Source of the DNA: Eledone cirrhosa
Lineage: Eukaryota
Length of the DNA: 64,000 nucleotides
Direction of reading: 5' to 3'
NCBI GenBank assembly: GCA_964016885.1
Contig: OZ024743.1
Location: forward strand, 221,402,001-221,466,000
Below, piece by piece: positions 1 to 14,390 of the stretch. Position numbers and translations under genes: made by a program. The first letter of the stretch is position 1; every line of letters starts with the position of its first letter. Under the pieces are notes generated by a model. It ran no database searches. It saw only the letters and a program-made list of their open reading frames with translations, and was not told the origin of the DNA.

Positions 1-118
1 CAGGCCATACAACGAGCTTCTAAATATTTTACGTCTATCCAATTTCCCTCACAATACTTGGTTTGGTCTGAGGTCATGATAAATGACACTTGCCCAAGAT
101 GCTATGCAGGGGGATCTG
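1..118 (-). mobile_element. SINE 3' fragment
   Basis: Minus strand reads ...atcttgggcaagtgtcattt...gtgagggaaattggatagacgtaaaa..., similar to 54045-54170(-); CORE-like cttgggcaag motif. Confidence 0.4.
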
Positions 119-640
119 ATATGGCCCTCTTATCAATATAACAAGACTATACAAATAGACAACGCATAAAGATAGTAGATCAGTTAGCCGAAATCTCAAA
201 ACAATTAGAAGAAAGACTACAGACGTCACCATTGTTAAAATTCTATAGAAAAATGAAGATAGTGATCAGACTTTACATACAAAACATAGTTGTAACTAAC
301 TAAAGAAATATATTTAAAAATAAAGAAATAGTATAAAAACAAAGTCTTCTTCGTAATAGTTATGTTATCTTCGACAAATTCGATTGTAGAAACCTTTATA
401 TTCCTACGGCTTCAATACAACACTGAATATATTTACACAGTTTTTCTAACATCATTTCTAATGTGCCCGCTATATAATAATCCTTAGTTCCTACGAGAAA
501 CGATTGGCTTATGAAACATATCAATATATAGATATATAAATAGAGAAGTAAAACACATATATCTACACACACATAATGCTTTCTTATTCACACATTGTTC
601 ATTTGGACATACACACAAAACACATACATTTCTTACTTGA

Positions 641-919
641 ACACACACATACACGCACGCACACGCACACACACGCACACACACACACACACACACACGC
701 ACGCACGCACGCGCACGCAGGCACGCACGCGCACGCACGCACGCGCACACACGCACGCGCACACACGCACGCACACACGCACACGCACACACGCACACGC
801 ACACACGCACACGCACACACGCACACGCACACACGCACACGCGCACACGCACACACACACACGCACACACACACACGCACACGCGCACACGCACGCGCAC
901 GCACACGCACGCACACGCA

Positions 920-983
<64 letters not shown>

Positions 984-1000
984 GACAGACAGACAGACAG
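641..1000. repeat. compound (CA)n/(CACG)n/(CAGA)n microsatellite
   Basis: Directly visible; source of the HTHT/CVCV pseudo-ORFs. Confidence 0.95.
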
Positions 1001-1110
1001 AACTAGAGACTGTCTTAAAGACAAGAGCAGAGAGTGGTAAATGTGAAAAGTGGTTTTAGCTGTTCAATTCTCTCTGCATGATATCAGAAAACTAAAGGAA
1101 GATATTTCAT

Positions 1111-1450
1111 TCAGAAATAATTTCTACTAAACCACTTACTCGCGAACTTCTTTTTCTTCGTCTCGCTTTCTTCCTCGCCATCGTCGTACTTGTTATTTAG
1201 CTCTAGGTCAGCCATTATATCAGGAGAATCTCGTTGTATCAACTTGTCTTTTTTATCAGGGAGCGAATTAACGGAGTCGTTAGAGCGTGGGATTAACTCT
1301 AGGTCAGCTATGATATCAGAAGCATCTCGTCCTATCAACTTGTCTTTTTTATCTGCGAATTTATGAGGGATTTGTCGAAGTCGTTAGAGTGTTGGATTAT
1401 ATGCTTCCGTATTTGTTCTGGCTCTCTGTGTTGTGAGTTCAGAATCAGCT
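1111..1450 (-). other. degenerate 96-bp tandem repeat with coding-like ORF (possible exon or pseudo-exon)
   Basis: ctctaggtcagc at 1201 and 1297; repeated peptide DKKDKLIxRDxxDIxADLEL; upstream partial unit is frameshifted. Confidence 0.3.
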
Positions 1451-1599
1451 CTAAACTGGAGCTACGTAAAGTGAACTGATATGCTCAAGGTCAGAATGCG
1501 TCGCTCTGTCTGAGAATGGAACCCACTACTATGCCATGACTGAGAGCACAATACTCCATTCTTGGTTAAACACCTATCCGTCGCATAGTAGACCTTCAG

Positions 1600-1752
1600 C
1601 TGCAGCTGCTACTCATTTACAGCTAAGCGAACTGTATCAATGAGAAATTAAATACCTTGCTCAAGAATATATGGCATCCCGCTGCCTGTGAATCGAAACG
1701 GTGACTTAATGATAATGAGTCCAACAGCCTAACACCACTAGGCAATATGTCT
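1600..1752 (-). mobile_element. degenerate tRNA-derived CORE-type SINE
   Basis: Minus strand has ttcttgagcaaggtattt...cttagctgtaaatgagtagcagc, similar to the SINE at 38522. Confidence 0.5.
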
Positions 1753-2150
1753 TCACTACGACATTTCTAACCGAACTAAAACGGCTCAGTTACTGTGAAA
1801 AAATAAATGTTTCCAGTAGAAAGTACTGATAGATTGTTTTTGATGTCATTGATTTCAGTATATCAAAGTTTTGATTTTTTTTTTTTCGGGGTTGGGTATA
1901 ACTTTTCTTGTTTTTGTTAGATGGTTTCGTGTTAATATTGATTTGGTTTGATTTTACTTTATATTATTAAATATGAATCCCATTATGATTGTTGGTTTCA
2001 AGGATGTTTCGCTGCACGAAACTGCTTGGGGGTAAAGTGTACACAATAATAAACATGATGACAGTCACTTATTTTGGTAGTAATGTCGTGTATATGTATT
2101 TCTATGTTTTGTATGTGTATGTATGTATGTATGTACACACACACATATAG

Positions 2151-2193
<43 letters not shown>

Positions 2194-2696
2194 GTATATA
2201 GCATATATATGCACATGCATATATATATATGTGTGTAATAAATATATACATAAGTGTATATATATACATATGAGTATAATATATATAAGCATATATTCAT
2301 GTGTGTGTGTGCGTGTGTCTGCGTCTGCGCGTGCGCGTGTATATATGTATGTATACATACGTACATTATGTAAATCAAAATCAATAGCTTCAGTAATATA
2401 TATTGGTGTATATACTTAGCTACTCACATTGTTTCTAACGAAATCAATAGTTTATATTGGTGCATATATATATATACACACACATATATATATATATATT
2501 AATATAAATACATACATATGTATATATATACATACATATGTATATATATACATATACATATGGTTCTATGCATTTATATTAGGTGCATTCGGTGTATCTA
2601 TCAAACGAAGTTCAATAGTTTTGTGTCAATAAAAAAATCATCAAAGTGAGAACAAAAGTAAAGATGTGCATGCATGTGCTTTCGTGTATATATATG

Positions 2697-2748
<52 letters not shown>

Positions 2749-3323
2749 CATATATGTATATATGTACATACATATATATTCATATATGTACATTCATAGA
2801 TATATGCATAAATCAATGCACACATACATACAAACATACATACGTACATCATACATACATACATACACATTGCATACATACATATACATACATGCATTGT
2901 GTGGGTATAATAGGTAAGGTTGACGGAGAAAGGGAGTAAGAAAATAAAAGAGAAAAGCTAACACAGTTTCAAACGGCAATGAATCTATCCATACTTTTCC
3001 CTCTGAGATTTTTCCAACTTTATTACAAGGCAGATTTCCCTCTTTGTGTTTTATTCGGTATACTTTGACATATTGGTGGACTTATTCTTCCATTGCATGG
3101 CTTCACTCATATATATGTCCTTCCGGCTTTCTACAGCCAGAAGGACATATATATATATGCATATATATAAATAAACAAACATATAAATATATATATATAC
3201 ATATATATATATGTATATATATATATATATCATATATTGAGTTTTCAACCTAGCTAACTTCGTCATTTGCAATTCGAACTCATGTATATTTGTATCGGTG
3301 TTCATCCCTCTCATATATTCATT

Positions 3324-3370
<47 letters not shown>

Positions 3371-3407
3371 ACATATATATGTATATATATATTTGTACAT
3401 ATATATG

Positions 3408-3510
<103 letters not shown>

Positions 3511-3543
3511 ATATATATATATATATCTTTGTATCTATATATT

Positions 3544-3570
<27 letters not shown>

Positions 3571-3574
<4 letters not shown>

Positions 3575-3748
3575 CTTGTGACATGTATGTGTATGTCTGA
3601 GAAAGAGGTTATCAAAGATAACACAAAATAAGTAAAGAAGATTCATACACACACCGATAAAATACCAATGAAGGTTGGGAAACCACTGATGAAGGACTAT
3701 TTTTATCATATGTAACCCATGTGCAACCACGCAGTATTCATTCTTCTC

Positions 3749-3798
<50 letters not shown>

Positions 3799-3999
3799 CA
3801 TATAAATATATACATAAAAATATATACATATATATATGTATGTATCTATATACATATACATATATGTGTGTGTATGAATCTTCTTTACTTATTTTGTGTT
3901 ATCTTTTATAACCTCTTTCTCAGACATACACATACATGTCGCAAGATATGTTTAGACAGATATCATAATCTTATTTTGTAGAAGTTTGAAACATATGTA
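3571..3999 (+). mobile_element. inverted-repeat island in (TA)n with possible split HHR
   Basis: Arms 3571-3654 and 3866-3949 are near-perfect reverse complements; CTGATGA at 3686 and GAAACATATGTA at 3988; 3680-3755 resembles 61845-61920. Confidence 0.5.
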
Positions 4000-4210
4000 T
4001 ATGTGTGGATTTTTATATATGTGTGTGTGTGTGTTTGTGTCTGTGTATCTGTGTGTGAGGGAGCTATATAATGTAATATTCAACCAAAAGGTAAAAGTGG
4101 TCTCTATCCGGTGAAGAGCTATATAGCTACTTTATAACCATATTGATGTATGTTAAGAGCATTTAACGTCAGGTAACCCAAAACATTTGTTGAAAAATAT
4201 CGTTGTAAAG

Positions 4211-4325
<115 letters not shown>

Positions 4326-4350
4326 GAATATATGTATATATATATATATT

Positions 4351-4455
<105 letters not shown>

Positions 4456-4532
4456 ATATATATAAATGAATATATGTATATATATATATATATATGCATA
4501 TATATATATATGAATACACACACACACAAACA

Positions 4533-4568
<36 letters not shown>

Positions 4569-5591
4569 CTAATAAAGAAGAGTTTTCATCTGGTTTATCA
4601 TCTGAATGAAATTTATATTGAAACGCATATAATGCAAAAATGACTTCTGTTTGAAGGTGCATATATCTCTGTTCGTATGTATATGTGAACGCATATACGT
4701 GTGTATTGTTTAGTGTATGAATGTATATACCCAGGTTTCTGTGTATATACGAACATATATACCCGTCTCTGCCTGTGTTTATGGATATATGTGTATGAGA
4801 TGGCATGTAACTATTTGTGATTGAATGTATATGGCAGCTTATATGCATATATCTGTGCGTGTGGTTTTGTTTGTTCGTATGTCAGTGTCTGTGTGTATGT
4901 TAGTGAGAAAGTGTTGTGGAATTTATTCGAATAGGAACGACCTATTGACGCTTTTATTTTCTGAATAGACTTCAAATGTGATTATATGGTGTTCATTCTT
5001 TTCCAGCGGTGTGATTTTGTTTTTCCTATGATATCACAGACTAAGTGCTTACTTTGATGAGGATGAGAAACTTTAGAAGTCTTTTCTATATTAAATTGTG
5101 GCTGTTCTCCCCCTCCTTATGTATTTAGCGCCTTACTTACTGTGGCTTCCCCCAATTCTACTCGGGAGCAACTTATAACTAGGAATATATATATATACAA
5201 ATATAATTTCAGCGAGATCGCATTTCGGTGGGGTCCAAAAACAAACCGAAATGCAATCCTCAAGATATGCGGCAAGCGCTCAATGGACTAAAAGAAGACC
5301 AGAGCAATTAACATACGTCATAAAGGCCAGATAAAATGAAAACAGTGGTCGTGAAGCCATCAGCCACCGGAGCAAAAATAAATGAAGCAAGCTAAACAGG
5401 TTATATATCTATATATTCTCCACCCAACTCTCTTTATCCCAATAACTTAATTTAGTTATTGCATTGCCCGGTCTGTAATGCGAAGAAATACCTATGATGG
5501 CTGATGAGCACTGATGTCGGATAGTCCTGGCTTCTATTTCTAATTCTTCATTTTTATATATATCATATTTGCAACAACACAGTTCGGCATT

Positions 5592-5637
<46 letters not shown>

Positions 5638-5915
5638 ATATATAAACAGCGTAAACAAATTTGCTGATTATTGTCAGAGAAATATTACCCAAAAAATAAA
5701 AAAACAAAGTAAAAACAGCAAAACGTTTCGAGTAAACAATTGTAAATAATAATGACAACAACATTAGCAACAACAGCAACGACAACAACTACGAGAAACG
5801 AGACATTTAGAATTAGACAATGAAACTATAAAAAAAACCCAGAACAATGTAATGTCCTACTAAACTGTCTACGAGAACTTTCCTGATTACTAAGTAAATT
5901 AAACAGAATAAAAAC

Positions 5916-5990
<75 letters not shown>

Positions 5991-6007
5991 ATATATATAT
6001 ATGTATA

Positions 6008-6060
<53 letters not shown>

Positions 6061-6061
6061 G

Positions 6062-6131
<70 letters not shown>

Positions 6132-6155
6132 ATATATATATATATATGTATATAT

Positions 6156-6204
<49 letters not shown>

Positions 6205-6224
6205 ATATATATATATGTATATAT

Positions 6225-6306
<82 letters not shown>

Positions 6307-6318
6307 TTATATGTATGT

Positions 6319-6769
6319 AAAGGGCAAAGGAGCTCTTAAGAGTCAATGGCCATCCAAAATCACCGGGAGAGATGACCCCTTAGCCTTTGTCAAGGCAGAA
6401 TTCTAGGAGAAGGAAAACTCTGATATAACACCTGCAACCCTGATGGTATCCAATGATGTTGACTTGTTCTTCTTTTTGGTAAATATCATCTTGGTTAAGA
6501 GAGTGGGACTGGCTTTGTGCAGTGCCTTTGCTCACTATAAAAGCTTCACGGCACAGGCATTGCTTTATATCTGGAGATCTCTCTGCACTTGTCCTCACAT
6601 GGTACCATGGGCCCAGCACTGTGTCAATAATTGTCACAAGTGTAGTGTTTGTACCAGAGTTTTCAAGTCGCTGGCTGGACTAAAAAGTCACACTCGTTCA
6701 GCGCTTCGGTAGGGGTTCTCCTACATGGATATAAAGTAGTGGCCGTACTCGAAAACGAGTTGGCAGCCA

Positions 6770-6771
<2 letters not shown>
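6319..6771 (+). mobile_element. bipartite RTE-derived non-autonomous retroelement, 5'-truncated (family A)
   Basis: Near-identical to 49286-49893; ctaggagaaggaaaactctga motif, zinc-finger-coding remnant [17 protein letters not shown], terminal hairpin actcg-aaaa-cgagt; flanked by (TA)n. Confidence 0.8.
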
Positions 6772-6819
<48 letters not shown>

Positions 6820-6853
6820 CATATATATATTTATATGTATGTATATATATATA

Positions 6854-6899
<46 letters not shown>

Positions 6900-6967
6900 C
6901 ATATATATATTTATATGTATGTGTATATATATATATATATATATAATATACATATATATATTTATAT

Positions 6968-7037
<70 letters not shown>

Positions 7038-7099
7038 AGTGTGTGTGTGTATACATATATATTTATATGTATATATGTATATATATTTATGTGCATGGC

Positions 7100-7131
<32 letters not shown>

Positions 7132-8029
7132 AAAATACATACATATACATGTACATATATAGAGAGAGAATACAATAAAGAAGTAAAATGTTTCTGTGAA
7201 GGTAGTTGAAAGGGAAGTGCAAAATAAAAAATATGTCTATACCCCGATAAATTCTTTTGCAAATAATTGAAGGGTCGAAAAAAATATATTCAATCTTTCC
7301 TAAGTATATACGAAAGGAAAATAATGAACGATGTGGTATAGATAAAATTTAGAAAGAGAAGATGGAAAATATAGTACCATTGCTGGGACAATATTGGGCA
7401 GATTTTAGAGGTTAGAGCAAGATACCATGATACCGGTATCTGTTCATGCTCTTTCGCTCCTAATTCTCAATTCGTAGACATAAATTCATCCCCTTGTTTA
7501 ACACAACTACACCTGAAACGTGGGTGCGTTTAGTGAAGAATTAAGCAGTTATACCAGTCTCTTCCTTTCTTGCCTCCAGTATTGGAGACCAGGAAAAAAA
7601 ATGAACAGATGGACTGTTGGTGGTTTAATAACAATCACTGGACTACGACTATGCTGTAGCACCTATCATATAGTCTTATTTTATCGATTCAACATGAAAC
7701 ACGGCAAACATAAATTTCAGCTCAGAATGTACAAGGGTTTATCATCTATTTTATCTAACTAAATAACATTGTCATCACCTGATTAATTTTTTATATCCTG
7801 GCATAGCATTGGATGGAGATCAGGGATTATAAAGTGTCATGTGACGTTAAGCTTCTAATAGTAGAGACTCTCTCTTGGACAGGACGCCAGCCTGTTTCAA
7901 AATTAAACCCAACTGCTGCTGCTGTTCTTGCTGTTGGTGATACATATTAATGTTGAGTTGATAAGAGCAATGTTAAATGGAGTGCCTTAATCGAGAATGA
8001 AAACGTATATGAATCCATATATGGCATGT

Positions 8030-8155
8030 TTTGAGAATAATTGTTTCTACTTTTGGCACAAGGTCAGCAATTATCCAGTACATTACTTGTACTTTATTTT
8101 ATCCACCCCGTAAGGATGAAAGGCAAAATTAACCTTGGCGGGATTTGAACTCAGA
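8030..8155 (-). mobile_element. tRNA-derived SINE (same family as the 22.6-23.5 kb cluster)
   Basis: Reverse complement reads ctgagttcaaatcccgccaaggttaattttgcctttcatccttacgggg...ccttgtgccaaaagtagaaacaatt. Confidence 0.8.
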
Positions 8156-8241
8156 AATCTACATTATGTTTGGGCTGTGACTATTTGAAAAATCTGAACT
8201 TATCATAGCTACCTCAGTACCCATGTTACAATATAACACAC

Positions 8242-8278
<37 letters not shown>

Positions 8279-8279
8279 T

Positions 8280-8332
8280 GAGATTCTACAGGACTAGAAC
8301 TGTTTCATTCATTAGAAATCATCAGGAATCTC
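8280..8332 (-). ncRNA. type I hammerhead ribozyme
   Basis: gagattc-CTGATGA-t ttc taat gaa t-GAAA-cag ttctagtc ctg-TA-gaatctc: perfect 7-bp stem I, closed stem III, GUA cleavage triplet. Confidence 0.8.
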
Positions 8333-8371
8333 TTACTTACTGTGGTTACCTCCGATTCAACCCGGAATAAC

Positions 8372-8442
<71 letters not shown>

Positions 8443-8449
8443 GTGTGTA

Positions 8450-8590
8450 TAACAAAGAGGGTGTCGTAATATACCAGGTTGACCATAACGCACCAGAGTA
8501 CTCTATACATAGGGTAATAGAGTGCGTAATAGGAAAATAGTGAGGACCACGACGGCTGAACTACGACTATTTCGACAGCTAGACGAACTA
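8450..8590 (-). mobile_element. 5'-truncated PLE-tail-type short element (family of 41205-41338)
   Basis: Reverse complement aligns with 41205-41338 (gtcgaaa...ccgtcg...cactct...gagtactctggtgcgttatggtc); flanked by microsatellite. Confidence 0.7.
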
Positions 8591-8960
8591 TATATATATA
8601 CACTTACACTTACTCGTACATATATTTCATGTGCTTTGAACCTCCACGAATTGCGAAAACGATGTTGTAATTGTTTGGTCAGTAGAGAAGCCTCCTAGTA
8701 GATGTATAAGACATACTCCTGTACCCCAAAGGTAGTTCCCAGGGAGATTCAACGTGACACAGCGTAAGACAAGTCTGACTGTTTTAATTTTCAAGTACAA
8801 TGCATTTTCTTTTTTCCTTCAGCTGAGAGAACTAGAGCTAAGTACAATAGAATGTCATGCTGGAGAGCGTGCTGCCTAGCAGCAGGGCCATGAGCTTACA
8901 TGGGTGAATCAAACACACTAACAACTAGACCACGCTCTTTCATGAACTATTATAACGAAA

Positions 8961-9478
8961 TTCAGGTTTCAATGCGCGACCATACCACTATATCAGACAA
9001 ACGAGGTATCAATATCCGATCATACCACTACATCAGACAATGCCCGACCATGCCACTATATCAGACAAACCAGGTACCAACGCCCGACCGTACCACTATA
9101 TCAGACAAACCAGGTACCAACGCCCGACCGTACCACTATATCAGACAAACCAGGTACCAACGCCCGACCGTACCACTATATCAGACAAACCAGGTACAAA
9201 CGCCTGACCGTACCACTATATCAGACAAACCAGGTACAAACGCCTGACCGTACCACTATATCAGACAAACCAGGTAACAAACGCCTGACCGTACCACTAT
9301 ATCAGACAAACCAGGTACCAACGCCCCACCGTACCACTATAATCAGACAAACCAGGTACCAACGCCCCACCGTACCACTATATCAGACAAATCAGGTACC
9401 AACGCCCGACGTACCACTATATCAGACAAATCAGGTACCAACGCCCGACCGTACCACTATATCAGACAAACCAGGTAT
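8961..9478 (+). repeat. 40-bp minisatellite (tcagacaaaccaggtaccaacgcccgaccgtaccactata)n
   Basis: Units start at 9061, 9101, 9141, 9181 and so on; degenerate at the left edge. Confidence 0.95.
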
Positions 9479-10110
9479 TTTTTTTTTAGATATCATTAAG
9501 AATTGAAGAGAAGACAATAGTGGGCAGTGGTGGTTGTGGTGGTGGGGGTAGTGATGGTGGGGGGGTAGTGGTCGTGGTAGTGGTGGTAGCGGTAGCGGTG
9601 CTGCTAGTGATGGTGGTGGTTGTGGTGGTGGTGGTGGTAGTCGTGGGTGGTGGTGTGATGGTGATGGTGGTAGTGGTGGTGTTGGTGATGGTGGTGGTGG
9701 CTGTGGTGGTGGTAGTTGTGCTAGTGGTGGTGGTGATTAGTGGTGGTTGGTGTTTAATGAAATGAAGTGAAATACGGAAATAAGTTAAACGAAAGATAAA
9801 ACGGTAATATATAATTATCTATGGAATCATTCTATAGAATTGGTGCGATATCTAATGGTGGAGTATATAGAGAAACGGTGTTACGGTTGGGGGAGGGGGA
9901 CATGTGTATATGTGACAGTGAGAGTGATATCGTGGCCCATATAATGGAGAGATACACATGCACACATATATACGCGCGGTACACACACACACATTATTAT
10001 GTGTATATGTATATCTGTACACCCCCACCCCACACACACACATATATATATATATTCTTATATCGATATATATATATATGTATATATGTGTGTATTTGTG
10101 TGCACGTGTA

Positions 10111-10175
<65 letters not shown>

Positions 10176-10504
10176 TACATAATCATATTCATATATACAT
10201 ATATACTACACATAGATAGGAGAATGTCTTGATTCATTAAACTAAGCACAATATAAGATGGTAAGCCATGCGTATCAACATCGATTAGTGAAGCATTAAA
10301 CAACATATATAGAGGTATCATTTTCTTCCATCTTACCTTCTGATTGTTCACCTTCCTCCTCTTTAAATGCGTAAATAATTTACAATTGACAGGTTACCTA
10401 CCTTGTTTTTACGTTTCATTCATCCTTATATATATATGTGTGTGTGTTTTGTGTGTGCGTGTGGGTGTGTATGTGTGTGTGTGCGATTTATATATATATA
10501 TCTG

Positions 10505-10594
<90 letters not shown>

Positions 10595-10652
10595 TATAAA
10601 TATATATATATATGTATATATATATTATATATGTATGTATGTATATATATAT

Positions 10653-10833
10653 AAAAAGGAGAAAGTTGAGAGTGTGTAACACTCACTTATCAGATAGGCA
10701 GTATATGGTTAGCACAATGTCTGAAGACAGAGCCGTAATACAATTAACAACAAAGAGCGCTTAGAACATAGGTATATCTTTAATTGCTGACAAAGATATA
10801 CCTATGTTCTAAGCGCTCTTTGTTGTTAATTGT
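10653..10833 (-). mobile_element. hairpin + tail short element in (TA)n
   Basis: Perfect 42-bp inverted arms 10740-10781 and 10792-10833 with a 10-nt loop; adjacent gtgctaaccatatactgcctat(-) resembles gtgctcaaccggcatactgcctat(-) at 53.67 kb. Second copy at ~13544-13725. Confidence 0.7.
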
Positions 10834-11010
10834 TTATATATATATGTATGTATATATATATGTATGTATATATATATATGTATGTATTATATATATATTG
10901 TATGTATATATATATATGTATGTATATATATATATATATTATATATGTATGTATATATATATATATATATATGTATGTATATATATATATATGTATGTAT
11001 ATATATATAC

Positions 11011-11081
<71 letters not shown>

Positions 11082-11094
11082 TGTATTTTTTGTT

Positions 11095-11294
11095 NNNNNN
11101 NNNNNNNNNNNNNNNNNNNNNNNNNNNNNNNNNNNNNNNNNNNNNNNNNNNNNNNNNNNNNNNNNNNNNNNNNNNNNNNNNNNNNNNNNNNNNNNNNNNN
11201 NNNNNNNNNNNNNNNNNNNNNNNNNNNNNNNNNNNNNNNNNNNNNNNNNNNNNNNNNNNNNNNNNNNNNNNNNNNNNNNNNNNNNNNNNNNNNN
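11095..11294. other. assembly gap (200 N)
   Basis: Run of N. Confidence 1.
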
Positions 11295-12694
11295 ACCAAC
11301 GCCCGACCGTACCACTCTATCAGACAAACCAGGTACCAACGCCCGACCGTACTCCACTATATCAGAAAAACCAGGTACCAACGCCCGACCATACCACTCT
11401 ATCAGACAAACCAGGTACCAACGCCCGACCATACCACTCTATCAGACAAACCAGGAACACAACGGACCCGACCCGTAACCACTACAATCAGAACCAACGG
11501 TACACAACGCCGTACCTATAAGACAAACCAGGTACCAACGCCCGACCGTACCACTATATATCAGACAAACCAGGTACCAACCCCGACCGACCGACAACCA
11601 GGACCAACCCCGACCTACCTATATCAGACAAACCAGGTACCAAACGCCCGACCATACCACTCTATCAGACAAACCAGGTACCAACGACCGCCGACCAGTA
11701 CCACTATATCAGACAAATCAACCCAACGCGTACAACCAACGCCCCGACCGTACCACTATATCAGACAAACCAGGTACCAACGCCCGACCGTACCACTATA
11801 TCAGACAAATCAGGTACCAACGCCCGACCGTACCCACTATATCAGACAAACCAGGTAACCAACGCCCGACCGTACCACTCTATCAGACAAACCAGGTACC
11901 AACGCCCGACCGTACCACTATATCAGACAAATCAGGTACCAACGCCCGACCGTACCACTATATCAGACAAATCAGGTACCAACGCCCGACCGTACCACTA
12001 TATCAGACAAATCAGGTACCCGAACGCCCGACCGTACCACTATATCAGACAAATCAGGTATTTTTTTTTAGATATCATTAAGATTTGAAGAGAAGACAAT
12101 AGTGGCAGTGGTGGTTGTGGTGGTGGGGGTAGTGATGGTGGGGGGGGTAGTGGTCGTGGTAGTGGTGGTAGCGGGTAGCGGTGCTGCTAGTGATGGTGGT
12201 GGTTTGTGGTGGTGGTGGTGGTAGTCGTGGTGGTGGTGTGATGGTGATGGTGGTAGTGGTGGTGTTGGTGATGGTGGTGGTGGCTGTGGTGGTGGTAGTT
12301 GTGCTAGTGGTGGTGGTGATAGTGGTGGTGGTGTTTAATGAAATGAAGTGAAATACGGAAATAAGTTAAACGAAAGATAAAACGGTAATATATAATTATC
12401 TATGGAATCATTCTATAGAATTGGTGCGATATCTAATGGTGGAGTATATAGAGAAACGGTGTTACGGTGGGGGAGGGGGAACATGTTGTATATGTGACAG
12501 TGAGAGTGATATCGTGGCCCATATAATGAGAGAGACTACACATGCACACATATTTACGCGCGTACACACACACATATATATATGTGTATATGTATATCTG
12601 TACACCCCCACCCCCCCACACACACATATATATATATATTCTTATATCGATATATATATATATGTATATATGTGTGTATTTGTGTGCACGTGTA

Positions 12695-12750
<56 letters not shown>

Positions 12751-13118
12751 TACATAATCATATTCATATATACATATAATACTACACATAGACAGGAGAA
12801 TGTCTTGATTCATTAAACTAAAGCACAATATAAGATGGTAAGCCATGCGTATCAACATCGATTAGTGAAGCATTAAACAACATATATAGAGGTATCATTT
12901 TCTTCCATCTTACCTTCTGATTGTTCACCTTCTCCTCTTTAAATGCGTAAATAATTTACAATTGACAGGTTACCTACCTTTTTTTTTACGTTTCATTCAT
13001 CCTTATATATATATGTGTGTGTGGTTTGTTGTGTGCGTGTGGGTGTGTATGTGTGTGTGTGCGTATTTATATATATATATCTGTATGTATATATATATGT
13101 ATATATATTATATATATA

Positions 13119-13503
13119 ATTTTGAATTGTTGTTATTATCAATAAATATACTTCATTATTTCTGAAGACGGCGTATATATGTGTTGGTATGTATATTTAA
13201 TCTTGATAGTTTGTATAATTTTGTATAATTTTGTACATAGATCTGTTGAATATGCATGCCCAATTCTAAACACATATATATCCTAGAAACGATCGTTAAA
13301 TAATGAACTTTTTTTGTTTAATATAAGGAACTGTCTCATTGTTTATTCATTATTTGTTTAATATTTTATCTTGACTCTGTATACCGTTTATCTTTCACCG
13401 AAAGTGATTTTTCATTACATCTCTTCTTTCCATGATATCCGGAATACATTGAGTTCTTCATACGGATTGGACACTACCGTAAACTCTTGGTAGATTTATC
13501 TAC
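13119..13503 (+). mobile_element. ~385-bp HHR-bearing insertion in (TA)n
   Basis: Absent from the equivalent (TA)n tract at ~10490-10650; contains the HHR at 13152-13307 and attgagttct near the 3' end. Confidence 0.75.
13152..13307 (+). ncRNA. type I hammerhead ribozyme with extended stem II
   Basis: ttcattattt-CTGAAGA-[117 nt including tatatatgtgtt/aacacatatata helix]-GAAA-cgatcg-TT-aaataatgaa: perfect 10-bp stem I, palindromic stem III. Confidence 0.75.
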
Positions 13504-13535
<32 letters not shown>

Positions 13536-13894
13536 ATATATATAAAGGAGAAAGTTGAGAGTGTGTAACACTCAAACCTATCAGATAGGCAGTATATGGT
13601 TAGCACAATGTCTGAAGACAGAGCCGTAATACAATTAACAACAAAGAGCGCTTAGAACATAGGTATATCTTTAATTGCTGACAAAGATATACCTATGTTC
13701 TAAGCGCTCTTTTGTTGTTAATTGTATATATATATATGTATGTATATATATATATGTATGTATATATATATATTATGTATGTATATATATATGTATGATA
13801 TATATTATATATATATGTATGTATATATATATATATATGTATGTATATATATATATGTATGTATATATATATATATATATGTATGTATATATAT

Positions 13895-13935
<41 letters not shown>

Positions 13936-13943
13936 TATATAAG

Positions 13944-13974
<31 letters not shown>

Positions 13975-14249
13975 CATATATATATATACATGTATTTTTG
14001 TTAGAGGTGCCTACTGACTGTAGTTTTCGCTTTGTACTTAGGCAAAGCGGGTCTTCTGTATTACTGTGTAAGCGCCAAAGATCTTGGTCCAGTGACATTG
14101 TCTTGGAGAGGTGTAAGGGTGTAAGGTCGGAATTTATCAAGTCGCTACCGGTCTATTTTTATCGCCCTGCACTTTTTTATACAGTGCAGGACGATATATA
14201 TATATATATGTTATATATATTATATATATATGTATATATATATATTATA

Positions 14250-14345
<96 letters not shown>

Positions 14346-14347
14346 TA

Positions 14348-14390
<43 letters not shown>

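Larger units (their letters stand above)
11295..14002 (+). repeat. gap-adjacent duplicate of ~9061-11094 (probable second haplotype or false duplication)
   Basis: Same order of minisatellite, GGT tract, unique sequence and hairpin element; copy 1 stops at the gap exactly where copy 2 continues; many single-base indels. Confidence 0.85.

Noticed and set aside
8961-12061. 40-bp repeat array as a CRISPR array or repeat protein
   Set aside because: Units are contiguous with no unique spacers, the period is not a multiple of 3, there are no cas genes, and the context is eukaryotic.
9061-14002. True segmental tandem duplication
   Set aside because: Copies directly flank a round 200-N gap and the second has many single-base indels; an assembly or haplotype overlap is more likely.
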